Of a DNA stretch of 64,000 nt, positions 27,027-38,379 are shown in pieces. This DNA comes from Camelus ferus. Its lineage: Eukaryota. A program made the translations under genes and the position numbers. The notes under the pieces are model-generated. The model had not been told where the DNA came from. It did not search any database and saw nothing but the letters and a program-made list of their open reading frames with translations. Position 1 is the stretch's first letter. Each line of letters opens with the position of its first letter. The DNA lies in NCBI RefSeq assembly GCF_009834535.1, contig NC_045696.1:26166001-26230000 (forward strand), read 5' to 3'.

Positions 27027-28015
27027 GGAGAAATATTATTTTTAGTATTTAAACAAATAATCTTGATATTGTGCTCATGAAATTGATGCCTACCCCCATC
27101 ACCCCCCATCACCCCCCAAAAATCCCTAATTTGTGGTTTTCAACCAGTAAGTGACATAATTATCTTTGAACCTCAATATCCATCTTTGGTTTCTAGAGTA
27201 CATATTTATATAATGATGTCTTTCTTCTGACCAGTTACTTAAATTAGCTTTATTTAATAGATAAAGATATTAAATGACTTTGCAAATCAAAAAGTGAAAA
27301 TATATGCTGAGAATAAATTATCAAGAGTCTCTCCAGCATAACTGATGATGGTTATTTTCCAGTATACTCTTAAATTTAAATTCATTGCTGTAATAATCTT
27401 TTCAACCAATTAACAGTTAATTTGGTCTATTACGTTAAAATGTTTTCCATTATTATTTGCCTGTTAATGTAGGTTAGATGTTAATTATGCTGTTCTATGG
27501 TGGCTAACATGGCACCCCCTGCAGTTGCACATATTATTGGTTAGTTCTTTGGCTGTTGTGTATTAATATGCCTCATTATTATTGTGCTAATTTTAGTACG
27601 AGCATATCATATCCTGTGTCATTTAAAACAAAATCACCAGTCTTACATCGCTTTCAACCAAACGTTAGATACTTTTACATTTAGGAGTAGTTTACATGAT
27701 TAAACATATAATGATCTTTAAGTCTTAGCTTGCATTTGATATATTTAGGCTGCATTGCTCAATATATTTTAAATATTTGTAGGTCAAAGTGTAATCTCCT
27801 TTACAACAAATACAAATCATAATTTTACATTAAATGTGCATTTAAGCTTCAAGAGGGCTACAATTATAAATACGATAATGAGTATTCCTTCAACCATACT
27901 GCTAATAGAATGGAATATCAACTTACTTTCTGGGTCTAGTTTCATTGCCCCTCGTTCCACTGTTACAACATCAGCTATTTTTTAGTACCAGTGAGCAGCA
28001 TTTGGAAAATAGGGT

Positions 28016-28686
28016 TTTATTAATGTTCTATTCATGCTATATAACAAATTACCATGGATTTAGTGACTTAAAACATCTATTTATTATCTCACAGTTCTGT
28101 AGGTCAGATGTCCAGGTTCAGCTGGTTCTTTCCTCTGGATTTCACATGGCCAATATCAAGATGTTGGCAAGACTGTGTTTCTTTCTGGAAGCTCTAGGAA
28201 TGAATGTACTTTCTAGCTCACTCATTTTCATGACGAAATTCAGTTTCTTGCAGTAGCACGACTGAGCTTCCCGTGTCCTTCATGGCTGCTGACAATGTGG
28301 GCCGTGTATATGTTGGGGGGGGGGGGTAGGGGGCCGTTCTTATCATCTAGATAAGATTTCTTACCTTGTGGCCATCTTCCTCCATTTTCAACAGCAACAA
28401 ATGATCAGTTTCTTTCAAACTTAGAATCTCCCTGAATCTCCTTCTACCTAGCCTTCTCTGCCTGGGAAGTTATGCAATTTGATTGGGTCCACCTAAATCA
28501 TCCAGGGTAATTTTAAAAGCCATAAGATTAGATTGGGCTCACCTCAACAGTCCTGGGTGAGTCCCGTATTTGAAAGTTAGTTCATAACCTTAATTTCACC
28601 TGCAAAGTCCATTCACAGCAGTACCTGATTGATTAACCAGCGGAAAGAAATATTTCAGGAACATCTTTAGAATTCTCCCTACTGTA
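28016..28686 (-). mobile_element. MaLR solo LTR, MLT1E-like
   Basis: taacaaattacca, tttattatctcacagttctgtaggtcaga, aattcagtttcttgcag, gattagattgggctcacc, ctgcaaagtcc, catctttagaattctccctac. Confidence 0.88.
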
Positions 28687-28989
28687 GAGTTGTTGGTTGA
28701 TCAGAAGCTTAGAGAGATGTAACTTGTGTGAGCCCTCTCAGGAAAAGTGGCATTTCAGTTGAGTCCTTAGCAAGAAAAAAAGTCTAGGCGGCTATGGAGA
28801 GAAAACTCAGGAAAAGACTGCTCTAAGTCCCAGTGTAGCACACAGTCTTCAGTTTCATATTTGACTCGACTTATGGCCTGTCAGGAAAAAACAGACTCCA
28901 CCACAAATGAAAACAACTGCAATATAGATATGTTATGATTCATACCTTAAGTTATTTCTGATTATATGTTAATAAATACACAAACATAA

Positions 28990-30395
28990 ATTGCCCTTCC
29001 TTGTTCTTAAAAGCATTACTGCAGCAATGTTCCTCTTTCCTTCTTATCTAGATTGTTCCCATCAGTACATGAGTATGTTTATTTCTCTCCTTAAACACAT
29101 ACACACACAGAGGGATAACTTTTATTTCATGTATTTTTTCCCTTGTCTCTCCTTCTTATTGGTCTTTTCTGTCTGCAATTTCTTTTTGATTTTTTTTCTT
29201 GAGCCCACTCTAAAATCCAGCACTTTCCCCCCAGCCTTTTACCCAAACTGCCCTTGTCATGAACCACAGTGACCTCTACACTGCTACATCTGATGTCCAA
29301 GTCTGACTATTCATCCTATTAGACCCATGATCAGCATTTAATCCACATGATCCCTCCCTCATCCTTGGTACGCTTTCTTCCTTGATGGCTTTCAAGACAT
29401 CATCCTGCATTGTCTTTCTCTTGTCTTCCCAGCCACTCATTCTTTGATATCTGTTCTGGTTTCACCTTCTTGCCCAAACCCTGTATTTTGGAGTGAGCCC
29501 ACTTGAATTTCCTCATTTCCATCCAAATGAACTTCCTAGATGATCTCAACAATTCTCATGGCCTTATCTACTGTCTCTACATGATGATAACCACCCAAGT
29601 TATATTTGAAGCCTGGACTTCTTCCCTTAACTTCCAAAACTGTCAATCCAATATTTCATTTGAATGTCCAACAGGAATCTCAAAATGAATATGCTCCTGC
29701 TTAAACTCCTGATATTTCTACTTTCCTTGCTAAAACCCTCTCCATCCATGATTTTTTTATTTTGGCCCAAGATCTTTGCTTGCTCTTACACGTCTTTCTT
29801 GTTCTAATCTCTTATCCAATCCTTGGTGAAAACATGTCTCTTTTATTTTCAGAATATACCCAGATTATATTCATCTCTTTTGCCACTGCCCAGAGTCAGA
29901 TGGTCAGGTAACCACTATCTCTTACTTAGATTATGGTAAAATTGTAATGACAGTTCTCTCTAATTCCTTGCCCCCATTCAGTTTATTCCCCCATCACCAT
30001 CAGTGCCTACCATATCTCTCACTTCTCTCCTAACAGACCTACCAAGTCTTCATTTACTTTCTTGCTTTTTCTTGCAAGTGATTCTAGCTTCTGACCCAGA
30101 GTCTATGCATTAGCTATTGGTTCTGCCTCATTAACTTTTCCAGTGGTCTGGCCAGCTCTTACTGTCTTCAGCTCTTTTCTCCAAAATCTTCTTCTCACGG
30201 AGATCTTCTCTTGGGACTTTGCTTAGGTGGCAGTGCTGCCGTTCCCACTTGACCTGTCCTATTCCCCTTTCCCTATAACTTACCTATCATCCACGTAGAC
30301 TATAAACTCCATGTGAGCAGATGTATTTGTCTGCATTTCCCCCACTATCTCAGTGCTTAGAGCAAAGCCTGGAAGTGGTCAGTAAATGTTAATGG
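28990..30395 (+). mobile_element. L2 LINE (RT remnant through 3' end)
   Basis: 29311-29367 ttcatcctattagacc..tcagcatttaat..atgatccctccctcatcctt resembles the LLDLSAAFDTVDH RT motif region; 3' end tagactataaactccatgtgagcag...cagtgcttagagcaaagcctgg...agtaaatgtt. Confidence 0.85.
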
Positions 30396-30447
30396 TGGGG
30401 AAGAAAGATAAATAAAGGAAAGTACATTGATATACAGTGTACTTGGC

Positions 30448-30603
30448 TGCAACCTTTTAAGGTAAATAGAGCAGGTATTATTTTATTTTCCAAATCAAGG
30501 CAATTATATATGTTGCCCAAGGTCACAAAACTAGTTAAGTTCAGAGATTAAACCAAAACTCAACTCTCCTGACTCCTAACCTGGTTTTCTTCCCACTACA
30601 ATA
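30448..30603 (-). mobile_element. MIR SINE
   Basis: aggtattatt...ttgcccaaggtcacaaaactagttaagt...tcctgactcctaacc...ttcccactaca. Confidence 0.85.
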
Positions 30604-33600
30604 GGTGCTAAAAATACAGTGTTGTCTGTTCTTGGGAGCTACAGTACAATGTCCCCCAAGAACCTGGAAATAAAGAAATAAGATTGCCTTCTGAGAGTTA
30701 CTCTATAAAATCAACATAGAATGAATCAGTTACCTTAAAGAACTAGAATTGCTTTTAAACCAAAGGGACTTCTACTGATTAAATAGCTTAACATTTCTAA
30801 GGAAAGAATGTTTTAATAGGAAGAGGCAGACTTAGAGGCACTTTAATTGGATATTCAAAAGCAAAAGTTAGCAGAATGCATCCATGGGGAGGGAGCCTCA
30901 TTCAGCCAGTGAACTATGAGAATTATAAGGCCTCTGTGTCCAGTGGGTAAGTCCCACTTTCTTGGCCATGCCAGTGAACATTTGATTCATCTCACAAACT
31001 TGGTTGTTTTTTTTTTTTTTTTCTGGTTCTATAATCACCAAACAATTTTATGATTAAGCATTGATTTCACATGCAGCTCTACCTCCCTACAAAAGAAAAA
31101 ATTCCTGTCAAAATGTACTCCTTGCAATCTTGTCCTGATGTTAACCATTTCTTTTTGAAAGTTAATAAATTGACCTTATAATTATGATTTGGCTTCTGTG
31201 AAAAGATATGTTACTGACACACATATTCTTATTTCTTTTACAGTTATAGTCTAAGGATTTTTTTAATCAGTTTGTGATTTTATATATCAGTTTTCTGAAC
31301 TTAGTTAATTGAATGTGAATCTCTTCTGCACTTTTTCCCACTTCTGCTGAATATAAAGATACTCTTAACCGTTCAGCTGTGGAAGAAAATCAACCAGAGA
31401 TTCCTTAGCGTCAGCCGCCACTTGAAATGCTGGGCAAGAGAAGGAGTGTCCTTGCTTAGGAGAAAAAGACCTTTTCTTTTTTAAAATAGAACTTCAGCAA
31501 GATACATCTGCTGAAGTTCAGCTACTTTAGGGAATTTTAGTTGGTGGAAGACTGCGCTGGTTCTCAAAGTGAGGGAGGAATTGTTTTTGTAGATTATCAG
31601 CAATTATTTTGGCAATTTGAATTTTTATCAAGATCGGTAGGGAAAAAAGTGGGGCTAAGGTCACCTGCAAGAGAGAGTGGGGAGGGACAGCTGTAGGACC
31701 AATGGAAAATTCTCAGTCCTTTGTTGTCTCTCACACAGGAAAACCAGGTTTCTAAGTTGGCCAGGCTCAAAGCTAATCACACACTCACTGAAATTTTGAT
31801 TTACCAAGCACAGTTGGTCACAAATTGTTTTTAATTCTTGCATTTCTACATAAATATATGTTCAATAAGTTATGTTTTGCTGGTTGCTCCATTTTAAAGT
31901 GTTAAATAATAGCTAACAAAGTATCCAGGGAAAATATTTTCTGCAAGAAAGCTCCAGTTCTCTTATTTGTTTGTTTTGCTTCTTACTTGCCTTTTTAATT
32001 TATTCATCATAGAAGATAAATCTTAGGGAGGTTTATTGTGACAACTTCAAATTTCTATTGTACCATAGTTAAATCTTGAATAAATAATTAATTTTAGGGA
32101 ACAAAGAGCAACACAAACATATCAAAACATGCTGGCATTTTGATTAAATAACAACTGAATTTTAGTCTTAGAGCTTAAAAATTTCTTTTTAAAAATCGGT
32201 ACCATTCAGTTACCACGGAAGTAAAAAATGACTAGTAGAAGACAAGTTGGAAAAGGTGTCATGATTTTTTGGGGGCGGGGCATGAAATGAATTATGATGG
32301 CAGGTGAAGGAATTAATGAGGAGTAGAAAGGTTATCCCCAGCCCCAGGAACCAGGACTAACAGGAATGGAGGTGGGGGGGGGGACTGAGATAAAGATTTC
32401 TGTAGTTGCGAACGTTAAGGTACCTCACTAGTCATCTCAGATATTTTCTTTTAACAAGGTGGCAGAATCATCTATTTCGAAATACAGGAGGTGGGGTACT
32501 TTAGGAATCAGGAAGGCTACATTAATCTGCAAGTAAGAGGGAGGATAACTCTAATAATTAACCATGGTTTCTCATTAGACTCAAGTTGTTAAGAGTGAAT
32601 CAAGAAGGAAGTGTTATGTCAACATTATGAGTAGAAAGGGCACAACATAATCTGGGGTCTCAGGCAGCAATAATTGCAGGTATCAGCATTTCACAGTGGC
32701 TTTCTAGAAGAGCTTGTTTTAAACTCAGATCAAAGACTACCAAGCTGCATTAAGAAAGATCTAGGCTTTCAGAGGTATCAAAGAACACCTGGGATTTGAA
32801 CACAGAGACAGCATGACTACAGACATATTGCCAAACTTCTTGATTCAAGGGTAATGACAAGGGCTTCGTTATAATTTGTGCATCATTTTGTGTTGTAAAA
32901 GTTACTCTCAAATGGGCTGCCTAACATTTTGTGTCTAAGCATAGCATTGTCACCAAAAAGAGACACATCAATTGTAGGAAACAGTGCTATTTTTTTTTCC
33001 CAGAGTCTAAAGTCAATGATATCCTGATGGTAGAAATTATAAGGCCATAATGTGATTTCTTTATTCAGAAGACAATTATGATACAGATCGAATAATATGG
33101 AAAATTTCAAAACTCCTGCTTTAAAAAAAAAATAGACAGGTTATTGAATTTTACCCTCAACTTAACTTTTTGTGGGTTCAACATCAGTAGTACTGCTGTG
33201 GCAACCAAGAAGTCATCAGTGGAAATTAGTCTTTTTGTTGAGTTGATCTTATGTTAATTCACTACAGACATTGGATATTGGAAGCTGTTCTTTCTGTGGC
33301 CAGGTTAGGAGGTCAGGAAAATGGGGATGGAGTATACTTCTAGTTTTAAACAGCTCATTTCATATGGGCCATCACAAAATCACTGTAAATAAAATAGTTT
33401 CCATTTGTCTCAACAGATCTGTTAATCTTCTGGGTCATATATTGCCTGTGTTTAATTGAATCTTGTTTATTGGTTATCGACAGACTTCTTTTCAGAACTG
33501 CTCTTTTAAATTCTGTGATGGAGGAAAAATTCTTACTATCTCAGGCATTTTCAGGTTATTATTAATGTCAATTTTTATCAAAAAAAAATACAATCTTATA

Positions 33601-34010
33601 AGCCCCTTTTTTGAACTTTGGGCTTAAGTTCACATTGTAATGTTGCAGTCTCTTCTCTAAGAAATCCCTGCAGCCAAATTATACATCTTGCACTGTGGGA
33701 CGTACAAATTTTTGAGGTTCTGTTAATGATAGGAAAGGCTTGAAAAATAACTGCTGCTTCTGAGAAGGTGGCTTTATCACAAGTCCTTATTTTAGGTAAA
33801 TCATAATGGGCAGAAAGCATATTTCTGGATATAATTAAGAATCAGGGAGAGTATAGTACACTTCTGTTTAAGTCTATATTTTATTTGAATCAAGATTGGC
33901 AATGCTGAAACAAAATTGTGTAAAGGAGAGTGTTTGACATCAATCTCTTCAGTATGTTTCCAAATAGTTCTTTTATGCATAGGGCAATTTACCATGGAGA
34001 CTTGATTTTT

Positions 34011-34287
34011 GTTTCTTTGTTTTGTTTTCTTTTTTTGTTGTCTGCTAATCACAAGCTCCTGGTTTGTCCCTCCCTCACTCCCCTACCCTCTTTCCCCTTT
34101 GGTAACCATAAGCTTGTTATCTATGTCTGTGAGTCTGTTTCTGTTTTGTAAATAAGTTAATTTGTGTCATTTCTTTAGATTTTACATATAAGTAATATCA
34201 TATGGTATTTGTCTGATATGATCATCTCTAGGTATGATACTTCATTTAATATGATAATCTGTAGGTTCATCCATGCTGATGCAAATA
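34011..34287 (-). mobile_element. Short truncated L1 3'UTR insertion with 15-bp TSD
   Basis: ttcccctttggtaaccataag...tatgtctgtgagtctgtttctgttttgtaaataag, similar to 63500-63580; flanked by ggagacttgattttt (33996-34010) and ggagacttgtttttt (34288-34302) then aa. Confidence 0.9.
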
Positions 34288-35159
34288 GGAGACTTGTTTT
34301 TTAAACTCAGTAACTAACACTGCTCAGAACATATGTTCGAAAGTATCGCTCTTGATAATCTGAAATCTCTTTTTGGATTAAACTATAAATATAGAAAAAT
34401 GTGTAGATGAATTACACTAACCACTGTCTGGTATCACCACCCATCTCCCCCGCAACTCCATGCCTGAATTATTTTTACAGAATTGTATTTTGAAATTATG
34501 CCCTTGGGCCACATTGAGGATCATTAGAAGAAACAGCCCTGAGAAACTCATTACTTTATTTACTACAAGAATTTTGTTGAAGATGTTGTTCTCTGCATTG
34601 CCCAGCGGACACCTTGTAGGAACCCCGTGGAGAAATATAGCTCCAGAGTCAGTACCAAGAATAGTCTTCTTTTTCCTAAGCAAATGGTTATTGGTCTCAT
34701 GGACTCTGAGAGTTACAGAAATGATTGTTTTCAGTTTATACTGGGGACTAGAAAACACAAAGCAATTTAGGGTGCATCTCCATGATTGGTACGGGATATC
34801 ACAGCTCTTTTATGATGGTGTCACTGCATGTTTCTAAAAATTTTCCTAAGTTACTTTTCCTTCACCTACCTATTTTTATTTGATTTTAAGTATGAATTTT
34901 ATAAGCCATCTAAAATCTTTGGAAAAAGGCAGAGTATAAATAATATGAGTGAGACCAAGATACCTTTGGGAAGCCAAAAGCTTAGTCTTAGATAAGGAAC
35001 ACGGTTGTCATTTGAAATAACCGTATCTCTGTGATGTCTCCAAGTTCAGAAGTATGTTGAATGAGGGTGTTGTTTCAATCAGAATTTCTGGGGCCAATGC
35101 CTGAACATAGATATTTTTTTTAGAAGCTAGTGATTCTAACATGTTTATAGTCGCACAGA

Positions 35160-35980
35160 AAGGCGTTTCTGCCCTGGAAAAGAGCAAGTACAATGCCTTG
35201 AAAAGGGAACAAGCTTGGCTTGGTTCCAAGAGAGTAAAAAGCCCTGCCACCTTGGGTCAGAAGGTGTTGATAGGAAAGGCGTGGGAGATAAAGTTGAGAA
35301 GCAGACAGGCTCGATTTCAAGCAGAGCCTTATAAACTATGATAGGAAATTACATTTCATTCCAAATATGATAGAGGGCCACCAGAGGGTTCTTTGTTAAG
35401 TCAAGTTTATGAAGGTATAATTGACATATGGCAAAGTTCACTCTTTTTAGTGTATAGTTCTATGAGTTTTGATAAACACATGGAGTTATATAACCACCTT
35501 ACACCATCAAAACAAAGAAAATTTTTGTCACTCCAAAAATTTCCAACACGTCTGTTTGAAGTCAGCTCCTCCTCCCACCCCCAGTTCCCGGCAACCATGT
35601 CTCTGCTCTCTGTCACTATAGTTTTGTATTTTAAACAATATCTTATCAGTTAGTTCATATCATATGTAGCCTTTGGAGTCTGGCTTCTTTCACTTAGCAA
35701 AATGCATTTGCCATTCATTCATACAGTTGTATGTACACGAGGCCTTTACACAGGGGGAATGATACAAACTGCTTTGTATTTCATGAAAATAGCTTGCTTA
35801 CTGTGATAAGAATCATAGTATCATGGTTGTTAAGAGGTGGTTGTATCAGGCTGAGTAAAGGGATATGATGATGGCTTCCATGGTGGCAGCAGTGGAGTTT
35901 CTGAGAAATGGTTGATTTGGGAAGTATTTTGAAGTGTGGATTTGCAAGAATTCTAGTGATTTAGGTATAAGTAGGAAGAA
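35160..35980 (-). mobile_element. L2 fragment split by the L1 at 35402-35737
   Basis: gaaaagagcaagtacaatgccttgaaaagggaacaagcttggc before, and tggcagcagtggag...gagaaatggttgatttgggaagtattttgaag after the L1. Confidence 0.65.
35402..35737 (-). mobile_element. L1 3' end (L1MB/MC-like)
   Basis: aggtataattgacata...agtgtatagttctatgagttttgataaa...ggcaacca...gtctggcttctttcacttagca. Confidence 0.88.
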
Positions 35981-35984
35981 GATT

Positions 35985-36840
35985 TATCAACTTGGGGAAA
36001 AAATAATTTTAGATAAATTAAAAATTTAAATATAAAACAATGAAAGTACTAGAAGAATTCTTAGGAGACTTATTTAGTATAATCCTAAAATGAAAAATAA
36101 CTTCTCAAGCAAAACAAAAAATACAGAACTTAGGAAAAAGTTGCAGTATAAAACAATTAAAATTTGTATAAGGTGAAATACACCACAATTTAAGTTGTAC
36201 AACCAGTGCCAGCCAGAGATAAACATTAATACCGTATATAACCAAGTATTGATATACACACTATATAATGGCAGCTATCAATCTGAGACAAACAACTCAA
36301 AAGAAAAATGGACAAAGCAGAAAAAAAAATTGACTAAAATATACAGTGTCCAGTATACATTTAAAAAGATGTTTATTTTCATTACTTTTTGATTTAGCAG
36401 TTTCACATCTGGGACTCCATTCTGTAGCAGTCCTTATGTATGTGGGCATAGCTTGTTTTCCTTCAATAGGAAAATAAATAAGTAAATTTTCATTCTTGGG
36501 CACAATACAATATTATGCAGCCATTAAAAAGAATGAGCCAGATGTGAATAGTGCCATGGAAAGTTCTATGTTACATGAAAAAGTTGGAGGATAGTTTACT
36601 CATCATGATTTCATTAATAGCTCATTAAAAGAAAGTTCTGTGATTGTGTATGTGAAAAAGAGTAACTACAAAGAAAAACAACTGGATACACACCAAATGG
36701 TTAAAATGTTAATACACACCAAATGGTTAAAATAAAATTAGTTATTTCCTCAGAGGTTGTGGGACTGGGTATGATTATAAAGAAAATCTTTCACATTTTT
36801 CTTCATTTTCTTTGTAAGGCATGACTATTTTTAAGATTTA
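35985..36840 (+). mobile_element. Old L1 (L1ME-like) ORF2 end/3'UTR
   Basis: aaagtactagaagaa, gaaaaatggacaaag, tattatgcagccattaaaaagaatgag, ggatacacaccaaa. Confidence 0.75.
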
Positions 36841-36989
36841 AAATAATGTTCTTGCAAACATTGTTGTAATTATTGTAATTATTTTAATCTTACAAATACA
36901 CATCAAGAATTTCTCTCAGATATTTATCTAAAAGTGAAACAGTCGAGTTATAGATGTATACTTTTTCTCATTTATTGGATATTGACAGT

Positions 36990-37390
36990 TAACAAATGCA
37001 TAAACAATTGAAATGATCATAAAGTGGGATACTTTACAGCAGTTAAATAATCGAGACATACACATCAATGTAGAAAAAATAACAAAATCATAATATTGAG
37101 TGAGAAAATTGAAGTCTTAAACGTTTATGAACATTTTTAAGAAGTAAAATTTTATATACCATTCTAGGGAAAATGCATATTAGTAAACAGTTAAAATATG
37201 CAGGGAACTATACCACAAGAGAGTGTTAATTCTGCAGGAGATGGTAAATAGTTGGGGCTTTGTCTCCATAATGTTTGACTTGTTAAAACATATAAAACAT
37301 GCATGGCATATTTAGTGTTTACTAAATCTGGATGAATGAAATATAGGGACCTGTTACATTATTTTCTATTATTTTTCATTACTAGAAACA
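36990..37390 (+). mobile_element. Old L1 3' fragment
   Basis: aaatgcataaacaattg, atactttacagcagttaaa, cataatattgagtgagaaaa. Confidence 0.55.
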
Positions 37391-37549
37391 AAGAATATTT
37401 TGCTTAGATGAGGATTAAAGAAAAAAATTGAGAAGTACTTTGAGAAAATGGATAAAGTTTGCTTAAAATTGGGGATGGGGAGAGAAGTGTTTAGTTTGGA
37501 ATGAGATGATACCATTTGATTTCTCTTGAATTATCATAATACAAATAAT

Positions 37550-37780
37550 AAGTCATATTTATTGAAAAGTTACTGTATGCCACGCATTTTGAAAATGGCT
37601 TATGTGTATTTTATCATTGAATTCTTACAACAGTTTTATGAATCACAACTGTGAAAAATGAACTTAGGTGAGTTTAGAACCTTATCCACACTCACTCAGT
37701 AATCAAGGAATAGAACCAAAATTTGAATCTAAGATTTCTAACCCCATTCAAAGTCCCAACTCTTAACCTACATGTTCTGG
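37550..37780 (-). mobile_element. MIR SINE
   Basis: atatttattgaaaagttactgtatgcca...aattcttacaacagttttatga...aaagtcccaactcttaacc. Confidence 0.75.
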
Positions 37781-38198
37781 CACCAAAAGCTGTTTTTCTA
37801 ATGTGAGAAAAAAACATGGAGGAGCCTGGTGCTACTCCTAAATCAGATGAATTATTAGGAGATGAGGTAAGGAAATGAAAAGCAAGATTTTAGGAAAAGT
37901 AGAAAAGAGGTACAGCCTAAAATCTACCTTTCCCTCTGAAAAGAAAGTCACCAGAGAATTTCACCCACTCCCTCCAACTGCCTCACCTCTGGCAGCCAAC
38001 CTTTTATTCTCCCTATAAATCTGTTTTCCTTTTGTTTTGTTTGTATGATTTGCTTTTTATATGCCATACGTAAGGGAGATCATATGGTATTTGTCTTTCT
38101 CTGTCTGACTTATTTCATTTAGCATAATCCTCTAGATCCATCCAGGTTATTTCAAATGGCAAGATTTCATTCTTTATTATGACTGAGTAATACACCAT

Positions 38199-38228
38199 TG
38201 TGTGTGTGTGTGCATGTGTGTGTGTGTA

Positions 38229-38264
<36 letters not shown>
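38199..38264. repeat. Compound (TG)n(TA)n microsatellite within the L1 3' region
   Basis: Directly visible. Confidence 0.95.
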
Positions 38265-38267
<3 letters not shown>

Positions 38268-38379
38268 TCATAATTTTATAACTTCTTTATCCATTCATCC
38301 ATCTTTGCACACTTAGATGGCTTCCATATCTTGGCTACTACAAATAATGCTGCCGTAAACATAGGGGTACATATATCTT

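Noticed and set aside
28481..28560. Repeated gattgggtccacc/gattgggctcacc unit
   Set aside because: Internal to the MLT1E-like LTR, probably part of the element's own structure
33781..33801. ttattttag|GTAAAT
   Set aside because: Short tract with an AG just upstream and a weak donor
34460..34837. Longest ORF (125 aa) and the overlapping antisense 113-aa ORF
   Set aside because: No recognisable domain or clear exon boundaries; length is compatible with chance in 64 kb
35376..35391. GGCCACCAGAGGGTTC CTCF-like motif
   Set aside because: Lies in the L2 gagccactggagggtttt-type segment and lacks the 3' GC of the core
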